Origin: an uncultured delta proteobacterium
Lineage (GTDB): Bacteria; Desulfobacterota; Binatia; UBA9968
Assembly (NCBI GenBank): GCA_963728565.1
Contig: CAVSLC010000017.1
Coordinates: forward strand, 1-60,179
DNA length: 60,179 nt
Reading direction: 5' to 3'
This document shows positions 11,111-21,548 of the stretch, piece by piece. The notes beneath the pieces were generated by a model, which worked only from the letters and a program-made list of their open reading frames with translations, ran no database searches and was not told the origin of the DNA. Within the stretch, counting starts at the first letter, position 1, and the number at the start of each line of letters is the position of its first letter. A program made the translations under genes and the position numbers.

Positions 11111-12103
11111 TCACCTAAAAAAGGGTTGAGAGTTAATTGTCGTAACTTGAGTCGCGACTTCCTCACTGGCTGGCCACGATGATGAGAGGGAAAAGCCGGC
11201 GGCTTCTTCAACCCGGGCGCGGGCTTCAGATTCAATCGCTTGAAGTCCCTTGTCTGTGATCATTTTCTTGCTTTTTAGCAGGCGCGCGAATCTGGCAATC
11301 GGATCTTTCTTCTTCCACTCGGAAAGTTGCGACAACTCTCGATATTTGGCGGGGTCGCCTTCATAATGGCCGCGCAGCCGATGCGTTAAACATTCGATAA
11401 ATACCGGTGCTTTGCGTGCGCGTGCGATCTCGAGCGCCTTGCTTGTCGCCGAACGCACGGCTAAGAGATCGTTGCCGTCCACCGTGCTGCTGGGAATCTC
11501 ATAAGTCTTTGCATGCTGCGCCAACCGCTCGACCTTCGTATGCGCCGATAACGGTGTGAACTCCGCATAACCATTGTTCTCGCACACGAAGATCACCGGT
11601 AACTGCCACAAGCTGGCGATGTTCAAAGACTCATGAAACGGACCCGCTTGGCCGGCGCCATCGCCGAAAAAAACCACGGCGACTTGGCCTTGTTTTTTTT
11701 CTTTGGCGGCGAATGCTGCGCCGAGCGCCAACGGTATCGTTCCACCGACCACCCCGGTGGCCGTGATGAAGCCCGCATCCAGCGCGACGATGTGCATCGA
11801 GCCGGCCTTGCCGCCGCAGTAGCCGGTGGCTCGACCGGCGATTTCCGCCATCAGCCGATTGACATCCGCTCCTTTGGCCAGGGCGTGACCGTGAGAGCGA
11901 TGCCCGCCGAATACGAAATCGTTCTGGCGCAGCAAACCGCAGACGCCGACCGCAACCGCTTCTTGGCCGATGCCCAGGTGAAGCAGGCCGACAATCTGCC
12001 TTTCGGCGTAAAGCGCCGAGACCTTTTCCTCAAAAGCGCGAATCAACCACATGCGCCTTAGGAGATCGACGAGATCCTTTGAGCTTTCTTGTTTGCTGGC
12101 CAT
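11111..12103 (-). CDS. 2-oxoacid/acetoin dehydrogenase E1 alpha subunit
   Basis: HLGIGQEA, HRSHGH, GSMH, GDGA...ENN TPP motif, RLRGHYEGD. Confidence 0.93.
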   Translation of the reverse strand: MASKQESSKDLVDLLRRMWLIRAFEEKVSALYAERQIVGLLHLGIGQEAVAVGVCGLLRQNDFVFGGHRSHGHALAKGADVNRLMAEIAGRATGYCGGKAGSMHIVALDAGFITATGVVGGTIPLALGAAFAAKEKKQGQVAVVFFGDGAGQAGPFHESLNIASLWQLPVIFVCENNGYAEFTPLSAHTKVERLAQHAKTYEIPSSTVDGNDLLAVRSATSKALEIARARKAPVFIECLTHRLRGHYEGDPAKYRELSQLSEWKKKDPIARFARLLKSKKMITDKGLQAIESEARARVEEAAGFSLSSSWPASEEVATQVTTINSQPFFR

Positions 12104-12292
12104 GATCAGGAGCTGAGTGAAAACTAATGTGGAATCGGATAAGACGATCTCACCACGGAGGACATGTAGGATTCAGAATTTCATCGGCTTTAACTGTGAG
12201 CTCTTCGCAGTTAACTGACTAGTCTGATCGGTCGACGCTCTGCTGCGCCGAATACCTGCTACTGGCATTGATACCGTTATCGGCCAAGAAGC

Positions 12293-13264
12293 TTATGCCA
12301 CCGCTGCGCGGATCGCATCAACGATGCGATCGTCTCGCGGGCCGATGTATTCTTCCAATGGCGGGCTGAAGGGCACCGGCACATCCAGAGTGCAGACTCG
12401 GCGAATGCGCGTCTTCAACTTATCGAAACCGCTCTCGGCTATGCGCGCGGCGATTTCGGCAGCGACTCCGCAACTCTGATGCGTCTCGTCGACGAGCACC
12501 ACGCGATGGGTTTTCTCGATTGAGGACAGGATGGTTGCCAGGTCGAACGGCACCAGCGTCCGCGGATCGATGACCTCGACGTCGATGTTCTCTTTGGCCA
12601 GCTGGTCGGCAACTTTGAGACAGCGCTGAATCGTGTATGAGGTTGCGATCACCGTCACGTCGCCGCCCTTGCGTTTGATGTCTGCGACACCGAATGGAAT
12701 CGGCTTTTCGTCTTCGGCAACTTCACCGCGCACGTCCAGAAGCTTAACGTGATCGACAAAGATCGTCGGGTTGTCAGTGGAAACGGCTGTCTTGAGCAGA
12801 CCTTTAACATCGCGCGGCGTAGATGGAAGCACGATCTCCAAACCAGGCACATTCCACAGCATCGCCTGGGGGCTGCCGGAATGCTGTGCCGCGCCACCGC
12901 CGCGGAGTCCGTGAAATATATGGAAGACCACCGGCACCCGGGTCTGGCCACCCGACATGTAATAAGCGTTGGCCGCTTCATTGGCGACTTGCGGCCACGC
13001 CTCATAGATGAAGCTACCGGTGCTCAGATCGACGATGGGACGGAGACCGGCCATCGCCGCTCCCGTGGCCAGCCCGCAGAAGCCAAGTTCGGAAATAGGC
13101 GGCGAGATCATGCGCTCCCGGTATTTCTGCAGAAGGTTCTGATAGACGTGGCGGTGCGGGCTCAGGCTCAGGAACGTGCCATTGATCAAGTGCACTCGCC
13201 CATCGCCGGCCATAATTTCGTCCAATGCCTCGAACTTCGCTTCGTAATAGTTTAGCTCTCTCAT
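12293..13264 (-). CDS. Divergent E1 beta subunit
   Basis: PISELGF, GLRP, AAQHS, EVIDPRTLVPFD. Confidence 0.9.
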   Translation of the reverse strand: MRELNYYEAKFEALDEIMAGDGRVHLINGTFLSLSPHRHVYQNLLQKYRERMISPPISELGFCGLATGAAMAGLRPIVDLSTGSFIYEAWPQVANEAANAYYMSGGQTRVPVVFHIFHGLRGGGAAQHSGSPQAMLWNVPGLEIVLPSTPRDVKGLLKTAVSTDNPTIFVDHVKLLDVRGEVAEDEKPIPFGVADIKRKGGDVTVIATSYTIQRCLKVADQLAKENIDVEVIDPRTLVPFDLATILSSIEKTHRVVLVDETHQSCGVAAEIAARIAESGFDKLKTRIRRVCTLDVPVPFSPPLEEYIGPRDDRIVDAIRAAVA

Positions 13265-13413
13265 ATAAGGTCCTCAGGCTGCTCTTGGAAAAGATGGATT
13301 ATGAAAGCTGAAAACTGACTTCCGATTTCAGATTTCCGCTTTCATCCTTGTAACTCGCCCGTCTTGCATCTGGGTCTTTTTGAACAGCCTGTCAACATTT
13401 CCTCGAAGTTAAA

Positions 13414-14433
13414 TTAGGCGAAGAAGTCGCGCTCTGCTTCTTCGGGTTTCGGATAGGGGCTAGCCACCGCAAACTCGAAGGCAGCGCCGATTTCGGTTTT
13501 GACTTGCTGTTCCATGCCGGCGATCTCTTGACGGCTGGCGTGATTCGCATCCACCAATTCGCGAATGTAAATCAGCAACGGATCGCAGGTGCGGTACCAT
13601 TCGCGCACTTTCTCGGGAACGTTGCTGACATCCCACGCCAGCGAGCTATCGGTAGGCTGCGCCACTGCCGGCCAGTTGGTCTCGCTGCCTGGCCAGCGCA
13701 CAGTCTGCGCCTCGACAAATTGCGGCCCTTCGCCGTGGCGAATTTTTTCCACTGCTTGGGAAATTGTTGCATGCACAAGCCCGGAATCCAGGCCATCGAT
13801 CTGCTGCGCGGGAATTTTGTAAGCCGCCGGTAAGTCGGTTAAAGGATAAGCCGCCATGGATGAGGACTGCGCCGCCGCCGTGGCACGACCGCTGCCATAC
13901 TTGCCGTTGTTCTCGCACAGGAAGAGCACCGGCAATTTGTAGAGTGATGCCAGATTGAACGCTTCCGGCGCCGCTCCTTCCTCCAACGCGCCGTCGCCGA
14001 ACAGGCAAACCGTAATCCGGCCGTTCTTTAGCGCCTTGGCGGCGTAAGCCGTACCGGTCGACAGCGGGATTATACCGGCCACCACTCCCGAGCTATGAAG
14101 AAATCCCAGAGAGGGCGCCACCGAATGGAAGGAGCCGCCTTTGCCTTTGTTGAGGCCGTCGGCGCGTCCCAAAATTTCGGCGCACAACCGTTTGGGGTCA
14201 GCGCCGCGCGCCAATAAATGGCCGTGGTTCCTGTGAGTAGTGAAGAGATAATCATCTGCACCTAGGCAGGACAACGCCGGCACGCCGGTGGCCTCCTGGC
14301 CGATGTACAAATGATAGTGACCGCTGAAAACACCCCGGTCATGCAGCGGCACCAGATTTTCTTCAAAATGACGGATCGTGAACATCCGCCGGCACAAATC
14401 CAATAACGCCTCGCGCGGTAAATTGGGTAACAT
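13414..14433 (-). CDS. Divergent E1 alpha subunit
   Basis: HLYIGQEA, HRNHGH, GKGGSFH, GDGA...ENN; start trimmed to MLPNLP. Confidence 0.9.
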   Translation of the reverse strand: MLPNLPREALLDLCRRMFTIRHFEENLVPLHDRGVFSGHYHLYIGQEATGVPALSCLGADDYLFTTHRNHGHLLARGADPKRLCAEILGRADGLNKGKGGSFHSVAPSLGFLHSSGVVAGIIPLSTGTAYAAKALKNGRITVCLFGDGALEEGAAPEAFNLASLYKLPVLFLCENNGKYGSGRATAAAQSSSMAAYPLTDLPAAYKIPAQQIDGLDSGLVHATISQAVEKIRHGEGPQFVEAQTVRWPGSETNWPAVAQPTDSSLAWDVSNVPEKVREWYRTCDPLLIYIRELVDANHASRQEIAGMEQQVKTEIGAAFEFAVASPYPKPEEAERDFFA

Positions 14434-14540
14434 GAGCCTGAGATAATCAAAAGGCTTTGCTTTGTCAATGTCGAATGATTGACAACATTTTGATATCGCG
14501 ACTATATCCGGATAGATGAAGTGCTCAGGAGGGATCATCG

Positions 14541-15539
14541 ATGGCTCGTCATAGGATGTTCGTGTCGCTCAGCATCTGCTTTATAAGTCTTTTCATGGTT
14601 ACTTCGTCGCTTTTCGCTCAAAGCAAATCGCTGAAAAAGATTCATGTGGGTGTGCCGGCAATCAGCATGGGCAATATGATCATCTTTTTCACCAAAGAGG
14701 CGAAGCTGTTCGAAAAGCATGGACTGGATGCGGATGTCGTCGTTATGAGCGGCTCGGGGATTTCTTCGCGAGCATTGGTCGGTGGCAGTGTGGAAATATC
14801 ACCGATTGCCACGCCTACCGTGATGCTTTCGGTAGTGGCTGGATCGGACATGGTCATTCTCGCCCATACCATGCCCGGCGTGATTCAGTCGATGATGGTG
14901 CGGCCCGATATCAAGAAAGACGAAGATCTCAAAGGAAAAATCATCGGTGTGACCACCTTTGGCTCCCTCACCGATTTTCTTGTGCGTCATCTTGCCAAAA
15001 AGAAAGGCATGAACCCTGACAAGGATTTTGCGCTGCTGCAAACCGGCGGCGACGCTGAAAGACTCATCGCGCTCAGGCAAGGCAAAATCCATGCGGCGAC
15101 TCTTTCCCATCCGGCATTCATTCTCGCGCAACGAGCCGGCTTTGTACCGTTGTGGGACTTTTTCAAAGAAGTTGACTATCCGTGGAGTGAGATTGTGTCG
15201 CGGCGATCGACGATACAAAGGGACCGCGATCTGATCATGCGCTACATGAGGGCGCATATCGAAGGCATCGCCTTATTCAAAAAAGATCCTGATTTGGCCA
15301 AGAAAGTTATCAAGAAGACGCTACGTCTGGATGACGACGGCCTGGCCCAGGAGTCTTGGGAGGTCTTCGCAAAGTACCGCCTGGCGGCGCCTTATCCAAA
15401 TACAAAAGGGATGAAGACAAGTTACGAATACGTTGCCGCGACCCGGCCGGACGTTAACAAATACAAGCCCGAAGAGTTCGTCGATGCGAGCTTCGTTGAA
15501 GAACTCGACAAGAGCGGATTCATCAAAAAGCTCTACTGA
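14541..15539 (+). CDS. NMT1/SsuA-like ABC substrate-binding protein
   Basis: Signal peptide; LFEKHGLD, DLKGKIIGVTTFGS, FVDASFVEEL. Confidence 0.87.
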   Translation: MARHRMFVSLSICFISLFMVTSSLFAQSKSLKKIHVGVPAISMGNMIIFFTKEAKLFEKHGLDADVVVMSGSGISSRALVGGSVEISPIATPTVMLSVVAGSDMVILAHTMPGVIQSMMVRPDIKKDEDLKGKIIGVTTFGSLTDFLVRHLAKKKGMNPDKDFALLQTGGDAERLIALRQGKIHAATLSHPAFILAQRAGFVPLWDFFKEVDYPWSEIVSRRSTIQRDRDLIMRYMRAHIEGIALFKKDPDLAKKVIKKTLRLDDDGLAQESWEVFAKYRLAAPYPNTKGMKTSYEYVAATRPDVNKYKPEEFVDASFVEELDKSGFIKKLY

Positions 15540-15555
15540 AGATGCTCCAGCGAAA

Positions 15556-16495
15556 ATGAAAGTCAGAATCGGGATAACTCTCGGGCAACTTCTAGGCAAA
15601 GATAGAAAGCCCGAGGAGATTCTCGGCTTTGTCGATCATCTCGAGGCTTTGGACGTCGATTCTTTGTGGGTCAGCGATCGCCTGGTTTCTTCCGCTCTGT
15701 CGCTCGAACCGATCACTTTTCTTTCCTATATCGCCGGACGGCTGCCTCGTATGAAGTTCGGCACCAGCACCTTGGTGCTGTCGACCCGCAACCCGGTGAT
15801 TCTCGCCAAAGAACTAGCGACATTGGATTTTATCTCGCAGGGCCGTTTTTTTCCCGCGGTGGGACTCGGCAGCGATGACGCTAAAGATTTCGCCGCTGTA
15901 GGTGTCAGCAAAAAAGAGCGAGCTCCACGTTCGGATGAAGCCATCGTTTTGATGCGACGCTTGTGGACTGAAGAGAACGTCAGCTTCGACGGAAAATTCT
16001 ATTCCGTCCAAGACGTGACGATTACGCCAAGGCCTTGGCAGAAAGGCGGCCCGCCGATTTGGATCGGCGGGCGGAGCGAAGCCGCGTTGCGCCGTACCGG
16101 ACGCCTAGGCGACGGGTGGCTTGTATCCGCGGTCTCTGCCGGGGAAGTTGCTGCGGGGATCAAAGGCATTCGCGCCTACGCTTCTGAAGCCGGTCGGGCG
16201 GTGCCGGAAGATCACTACGGCGTTTTGCTGCCGTTTTATTTCGCGCACAGCGCCGATGAAGCGTATGAACGCGCTAAGAAATCAATTCGTCCGCGTCCGG
16301 ACCGGTCGCCATTGGAATATCGCGGCCCTGGGCACGCCCGAACAAGTGCGTGAAACAATCCAGCAATACCTCGAGGCGGGCGCAAGCAAATTTGTTATGC
16401 GCCCCTGCGGGCCTTTTGAAGGGTGGCGAGAGCAGGTTGGAGTACTTGCGCGGGAAGTGATTCAGCCACTGCAGACCCCGGAAACATTAGGATGA
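15556..16495 (+). CDS. LLM (luciferase-like) flavin/F420-dependent oxidoreductase; frameshift near 16325
   Basis: SLWVSD, RNPVILAKELATLD, PPIWIGG, RLGDGW; C-terminus ALGTPEQV continues in another frame. Confidence 0.88.
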
Positions 16496-16737
16496 ACCCC
16501 GGTTTTCGCCGGGGTGACATCCCCAGCTATGAGCATTCCCTCTCGTTCGTTCAGCAATTTATCCGGATTACAGGAGCCAGGAGGAGTAAGCGCGCCAGAC
16601 CAGAGGCCGCGCCGGCCTTTTTTGGCGCTTGGCTCGGCAGGCGCGCCTTTCACGAGCGCGGACTTTATTAATCGGATGAAGGCCGGTTCACGCCATACGC
16701 GGATTGCGCTTAGTCCGGAGGGCTTGCTCCTCGATCT

Positions 16738-17736
16738 CTATTGATAATGCCGATTGGTTACCAGGACCGCAGCGCCGATAATATTACCCGATCGCAATTT
16801 CTCTAGAGCTTCATTGGCCTGTTCCAAGGGGAAAGTTTGCACCTCGACGCGTACGGGAATGCGCGCCGCAAGCGGCAGAAACTCTTCGCCGTCGCGGCGG
16901 GTCAAATTGGCAACCGAACAGATCGACCGTTCCTGCCACAGAACAGAATAGGGGAAAGACGGGATGTTACTCATGTGAATACCGCCGCAGACTACGGTTC
17001 CGCCTTTTTTAAGCGCGCGCAGAGCTTGCGGCACGAGCTCGCCCGCCGGTGCAAAGATGATTGCGGCATCAAGCTTCACCGGCGGAAGCTCGCTGGAGCT
17101 TCCGGCCCAAACGGCACCGAGCCCGAGCGCAAATTTCTGTGCCGCGTCATCGCCGGGCCGGCTGAAAGCGTAAATCTCGCGGCTCTGATACTTTGCCACC
17201 TGCGCGATGATATGGGCAGCGGCACCAAAGCCGTAAATTCCCAGCCGCTTACCATCGCCGGCCTTTACCAAACTGCGGTAGCCGATCAATCCGGCGCACA
17301 TCAGCGGCGCGGCTTCCGTATCACTGTAGGAATCCGGAATGGCAAAACAAAAGCGCGCATCGGCGACGGCATACTCGGCGTAGCCGCCGTCGAGGGTGTA
17401 GCCGGTGAAACGCGCCTGGTCACACAGGTTCTCGCGGCCGGATCGGCAAAACTCGCAGACATCACAGGTCCAACCTAACCAGGGGACGCCAACCCGATCA
17501 CCAACCTTGAAACGATTTACCCCTTCGCCGATTTTCTCCACCACGCCAATGATTTCATGCCCGGGGATCAAAGGCAGCTTGGAGCCGTTTAGTTCGCCGT
17601 CGGCGATATGTAAATCGGTCCGGCACACGGCGCAGGCTCGCACCCGGATCAAAACTTGTCCGGCGCCAGTTTGCGGAAAAGGCAGCTCTGCCGAGCGCAA
17701 CGGCTCGCCGGCTTTGTGGAAAAGCATCGCGCGCAT
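16738..17736 (-). CDS. Zinc-dependent alcohol dehydrogenase (AdhP-like)
   Basis: CRTDLH, GHE, CxxCxxC-x7-C structural Zn site, GIYGFGAAA. Confidence 0.93.
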   Translation of the reverse strand: MRAMLFHKAGEPLRSAELPFPQTGAGQVLIRVRACAVCRTDLHIADGELNGSKLPLIPGHEIIGVVEKIGEGVNRFKVGDRVGVPWLGWTCDVCEFCRSGRENLCDQARFTGYTLDGGYAEYAVADARFCFAIPDSYSDTEAAPLMCAGLIGYRSLVKAGDGKRLGIYGFGAAAHIIAQVAKYQSREIYAFSRPGDDAAQKFALGLGAVWAGSSSELPPVKLDAAIIFAPAGELVPQALRALKKGGTVVCGGIHMSNIPSFPYSVLWQERSICSVANLTRRDGEEFLPLAARIPVRVEVQTFPLEQANEALEKLRSGNIIGAAVLVTNRHYQ

Positions 17737-17987
17737 AGGCTCAATCTATTCCTCTCGGCGGTGGTTTAGAAGCCCGCGGACTGCGCGGGCAGGCAATGAT
17801 TACCGAGCAAGAGATCTACTGCATTTGAAACTTGGTCAAAGCAGGCGTATGCACCTGAGTTAACGGGCTTCACCAGGCATCTTTGCGAATGCGAAAAAAT
17901 CGCGGCAGTGAATATTACTGGCAATTGCGACTGCGTTATTATTTAGCAGCAATCATTAACAACCGTCAGGGCTAGAGGGAAAAAATC

Positions 17988-19034
17988 GTGAAGTTACTAT
18001 TGGTCACGCTCGGTGTTCTCATGGTACTGGCCACCGTGCTGCCGTTTTTGAAGAAAGATGAATGGTGGATCAGAATCTTCGATTTCCCTCGCTTGCAGAT
18101 TACTTTGATAATTGCTGCGGTCTTTGCCGCGTACCTGCCCCTTAGAGGCAACTCCATCGCCGATTATGGGTTTCTCATCGCATTGATACTATGCCTAGTC
18201 TATCAGGGCTACATGATGTTTCCCTACACGCGGTTGTCGCCCAAACAGGTGCAATGGAGCAAGAACCCGGCGCAAGAGTCGAGCTTCAGTCTGCTGTTTG
18301 CCAACGTGCTGATAGAAAACCATAACGCAGCTCGCTTGAAAGAAATTATCAAAAGAGCTGATCCTGATCTGATCTTGACTGCGGAAACCAACGACTGGTG
18401 GCGGGAACAACTAAAGGAATTTGATCAGACACATCCGTACGTCGTCGCGCAACCGCAAGACAACAGCTATGGAATACTCCTTCAATCCAGACTCGAATTG
18501 ATAAATCCGCAGGTCAAATTCCTGGTCCAGGACGACATACCTTCCATCCATACGCGAGTCAAATTGCGGTCAGGAATGGAAGTTGAGCTACGTGGGCTTC
18601 ATCCGCGGCCGCCGGTTCCAGAGGAGGATGGCAGGTCAACCGAACGCGATGCGGAGCTGCTTGTGGTCGGAAAGGAAGTCAAAGGGAAAAAGGATCCCAT
18701 CGTGGTTTTGGGCGATTTAAACGATGTGGCGTGGTCGAGAACTAATAATTTGTTTCAGGACATCAGCGGACTATTAGATCCACGAATCGGGCGCGGCTTT
18801 TATCATACCTTTCATGCCAAATACCCGTTCATTCGATTTCCGCTGGATCACTTCTTCCATTCGAATCAGTTTCGCTTGGTGGAACTCCGACGGCTGCCGT
18901 ACTTCGGTTCAGATCATTTCCCGGTTTATATCAAGCTAAATTACGAGCCGGATGCCGAGAAGGAGCAGGAAGAATTGCACGCCGATCAGTCTCAGAAAAA
19001 AGAGGCCGAGGAGAAGATCGACGCCGCCGTCTGA
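17988..19034 (+). CDS. Membrane-anchored endonuclease/exonuclease/phosphatase (EEP, YafD-like) protein
   Basis: N-terminal TM helices; ANV, LGDLND, PLDH, GSDHFP. Confidence 0.9.
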   Translation: MKLLLVTLGVLMVLATVLPFLKKDEWWIRIFDFPRLQITLIIAAVFAAYLPLRGNSIADYGFLIALILCLVYQGYMMFPYTRLSPKQVQWSKNPAQESSFSLLFANVLIENHNAARLKEIIKRADPDLILTAETNDWWREQLKEFDQTHPYVVAQPQDNSYGILLQSRLELINPQVKFLVQDDIPSIHTRVKLRSGMEVELRGLHPRPPVPEEDGRSTERDAELLVVGKEVKGKKDPIVVLGDLNDVAWSRTNNLFQDISGLLDPRIGRGFYHTFHAKYPFIRFPLDHFFHSNQFRLVELRRLPYFGSDHFPVYIKLNYEPDAEKEQEELHADQSQKKEAEEKIDAAV

Positions 19035-19119
19035 ATGGCTAAAGAATCACGCGCCGACGGAGTCCGCCAGTAAGTTCACCGCTGATAGGCTGGCTTCAAA
19101 AAATCAATTTCACACGCTG

Positions 19120-19599
19120 ATGGAAATCCGTCACTTAGAATCCTCCGATTTTGATTTTGTGTCCGAGGTTGTCGATGAATGGTGGGGAAGTCGGCCTGTG
19201 CGCGGCTTACTGCCGCGTCTCTTCTTCGAGCACTTTCGCCCTAGCAGCTTCGCGCTTGAGACCAACGGCGCGATCGAGGGATTTTTGGTGGGTTTTCGAT
19301 CTCAGTCATCACCTACCGTCGCGTACATTCATTTTGTCGGTGTTTCACCGTCTTGCCGCGGACGGGGTTATGGGCGGATGCTTTACGAGCGCTTTTTTGA
19401 AGTAGTCGCCGGCATGGGCTGCCAGGAAGTGCGCTGCATCACGTCGCCGCTCAATAATGGCTCGATTGCTTTTCATCGACGCATGGGGTTTGAAATCCTT
19501 CCTGGTAACGGAAAACTAGACGACGTTCCGGTTACTTTTGACTATGCCGGCAAAGGCCAGCATCGAGTGCTCTTCCGCAAAAAATTAACGAATTCTTGA
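19120..19599 (+). CDS. GNAT-family acetyltransferase
   Basis: AYIHFVGVSPSCRGRGYG, SIAFHRRMGF; start at ATG 19120. Confidence 0.88.
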   Translation: MEIRHLESSDFDFVSEVVDEWWGSRPVRGLLPRLFFEHFRPSSFALETNGAIEGFLVGFRSQSSPTVAYIHFVGVSPSCRGRGYGRMLYERFFEVVAGMGCQEVRCITSPLNNGSIAFHRRMGFEILPGNGKLDDVPVTFDYAGKGQHRVLFRKKLTNS

Positions 19600-19730
19600 C
19601 TCCCCTCCGGCACAGATTCCAACTGCTCTACTCTTAAGAGCGAATCAGAAGGCTGATGGGAGGAAACCAGTAGCGCTAGCATTGACCGGGCCCGGCGTAA
19701 GAAATGAAAATATTCCGGATTTAGGGCAGA

Positions 19731-20039
19731 TTAGTCCAGATCGATATCTTTTATAGGCTTGGTGATCGGCTCTTCTTTTGCCTTCTTGAACAACTCTTGA
19801 AACTTGGCTTCCAGAACCTTGGATTTATTTTTTTCGGCAGAAGCAATCTGTTGGTACTTTTCGTCTCGCTTGGTGGCTTCAGCCTTGACGTATTGCACGG
19901 CATCCTTCAGATGTTCTACCAACTGCGCTTTCGGCGGCATTTTATGATCGAGAACGGCTTGAAGAACTGGATCAATCGTCAGTGTCGCGCTGCAACAAGG
20001 ACAGATCACAGTGATGTTTGCGGTCTCTTTCTCAGCCAT
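19731..20039 (-). CDS. Small hypothetical protein with N-terminal CPCC and helical C-terminus
   Basis: GGAGGGG RBS; VICPCCSATLTID...PIKDIDLD. Confidence 0.75.
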   Translation of the reverse strand: MAEKETANITVICPCCSATLTIDPVLQAVLDHKMPPKAQLVEHLKDAVQYVKAEATKRDEKYQQIASAEKNKSKVLEAKFQELFKKAKEEPITKPIKDIDLD

Positions 20040-20086
20040 TACTACCCCTCCCACTTTTCATCATTCTGCAGAAGCACTCCAACGGA

Positions 20087-20164
20087 GATTTTGGATTTGG
20101 ATTGCGGATCGGGTTCGGAGTTTGAAATCAATCAAAATCGCCAATCAAAATCCGCAATCAAAAT
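20087..20164. repeat. Intergenic inverted array of short ATTTTGG/CAAAAT-type repeats
   Basis: ATTTTGGATTTGGATTGCGGAT ... ATCAAAATCCGCAATCAAAAT. Confidence 0.6.
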
Positions 20165-20167
20165 GCA

Positions 20168-20536
20168 TTATCCCCGTAGTTCGATCTGCTCCCCGTCGGG
20201 CCCGGCGAAAACGACCCGACGCCAGCCTTGTTCTCGCGCTTCCCGAGCGGCAGTATCATGGGGCGCGCGAACTAATTGGACGCCATTTTTTTGCAACGCT
20301 TCGACGGTCTCATCGAAGTTATCGGTTTCCAAGCAAAAGTGAAAACCACTCATGGCGCCATCGGATTTATGGGTCAGCTCCAACACCGAATCTCCCAATT
20401 TCAGATACGCGATCTGCATCCCTCCTGTGGCGGCATGCTGGAAGTAGTGCTTGAAGCCAAAGTGTTTTTGGTAGAATTCGATGGAGCGGCCAAGATCTTT
20501 GACGTGGATCGCTACATGGTCGATGCGCTTGAACAT
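20168..20536 (-). CDS. VOC/glyoxalase family protein
   Basis: IDHVAIHV, LEL, HFCL, GPDGEQIEL. Confidence 0.9.
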   Translation of the reverse strand: MFKRIDHVAIHVKDLGRSIEFYQKHFGFKHYFQHAATGGMQIAYLKLGDSVLELTHKSDGAMSGFHFCLETDNFDETVEALQKNGVQLVRAPHDTAAREAREQGWRRVVFAGPDGEQIELRG

Positions 20537-20708
20537 ACTGTGCTCCTTAGCGGAAGGATAGCCTCGGAGTGCGACGGTTTGCAAGCGAGTGAAAAAGCGC
20601 CGGCGAGAGAGTAAGCTAAAGCTATGTTAAGCTGCTGGTTGTGAATTCCGCTTCTGCTGACTGTTATGAAGCCCAGGAAAATGAGAAATGTTAGTAGACT
20701 TTCAATGT

Positions 20709-20830
20709 AGGCTGCTCAAAAAGATCTCAGAAGCGAGGCGCGCGAAGTTCGGCGAGCTAAGGCGTACGTTTTAGTACGTTGGAGCGAGCCGGGCACGCGC
20801 AACGAAGCCTATGAGTTTTTTCAGCAGCCT
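20709..20830. mobile_element. MITE-like repeat, copy 1
   Basis: Terminal inverted repeats AGGCTGCTCAAAAA / TTTTTCAGCAGCCT and an internal CGTAC..GTACG palindrome; related to copies at 29902 and 52246. Confidence 0.7.
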
Positions 20831-20845
20831 TACCAGGCTGATGGG

Positions 20846-21532
20846 ATGCCCATTTTTCGACTTGTCGACGAACCGATTTTCCCGCCGCCCGACTATGCCG
20901 ATCCTAGCGGGCTCCTCGCGGTGGGCGGCGATTTATCGAGTGAGAGGCTGCTGGAGGCTTACCGGCTGGGCATTTTTCCATGGTATTCCGACGATCAGCC
21001 GATTCTTTGGTGGTCGCCGGACCCGCGCTTTGTACTGCAGCTGGAAGAATTCCATATCTCAAGGAGCTTAAGAAAGACGCTGCGGCAGAGTATTTTCCAG
21101 GTTACGATCGATCGGGCCTTCGACGAAGTCATCGCTGCTTGCGCTAACGTGCCGCGCGTGGGCCAGAGCGGCACCTGGATCACTCCGGAAATGCAGCAAG
21201 CTTATAGCAATCTCCACGGGCTCGGTTATGCGCATTCCGTGGAGACCTGGTTCGATGGCAAGCTGGCCGGCGGAATCTATGGCGTTTCTCTCGGCAGAGC
21301 ATTCTTCGGCGAGTCGATGTTTCACCGCAAAACCAACGCCTCAAAGGTGGCGCTGGCCGCTTTGGTTGAAAAGCTGAAACGCTGGAGTTTTCATTTTCTT
21401 GATGCGCAGATGACCACCGAGCACATGATGCGTCTGGGCGCGACAGAGGTTTCCCGACGCATTTTCTTAAAGCAGCTTCGTTTGGCGTTGGAGCATCCCA
21501 CCAGACGCGGCAAATGGCGCATCGAAGACTAG
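20846..21532 (+). CDS. aat: Leucyl/phenylalanyl-tRNA--protein transferase
   Basis: GLLAVGGDL, AYRLGIFPW, WWSPDPR, AHSVETW, FFGESMF, ASKVAL. Confidence 0.96.
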   Translation: MPIFRLVDEPIFPPPDYADPSGLLAVGGDLSSERLLEAYRLGIFPWYSDDQPILWWSPDPRFVLQLEEFHISRSLRKTLRQSIFQVTIDRAFDEVIAACANVPRVGQSGTWITPEMQQAYSNLHGLGYAHSVETWFDGKLAGGIYGVSLGRAFFGESMFHRKTNASKVALAALVEKLKRWSFHFLDAQMTTEHMMRLGATEVSRRIFLKQLRLALEHPTRRGKWRIED

Positions 21533-21548
21533 CTGCGTGCTGAACAGG

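Noticed and set aside
11029-11235. N-terminal extensions in the ORF track (also 14434-14538, 18952-19119, 40722-41012, 58714-58830)
   Set aside because: They overlap neighbours or promoters and lack family similarity; downstream starts fit better.
17918-17936. Sigma-54 box upstream of the EEP gene
   Set aside because: GG-to-GC spacing is 11 nt rather than the required 10.
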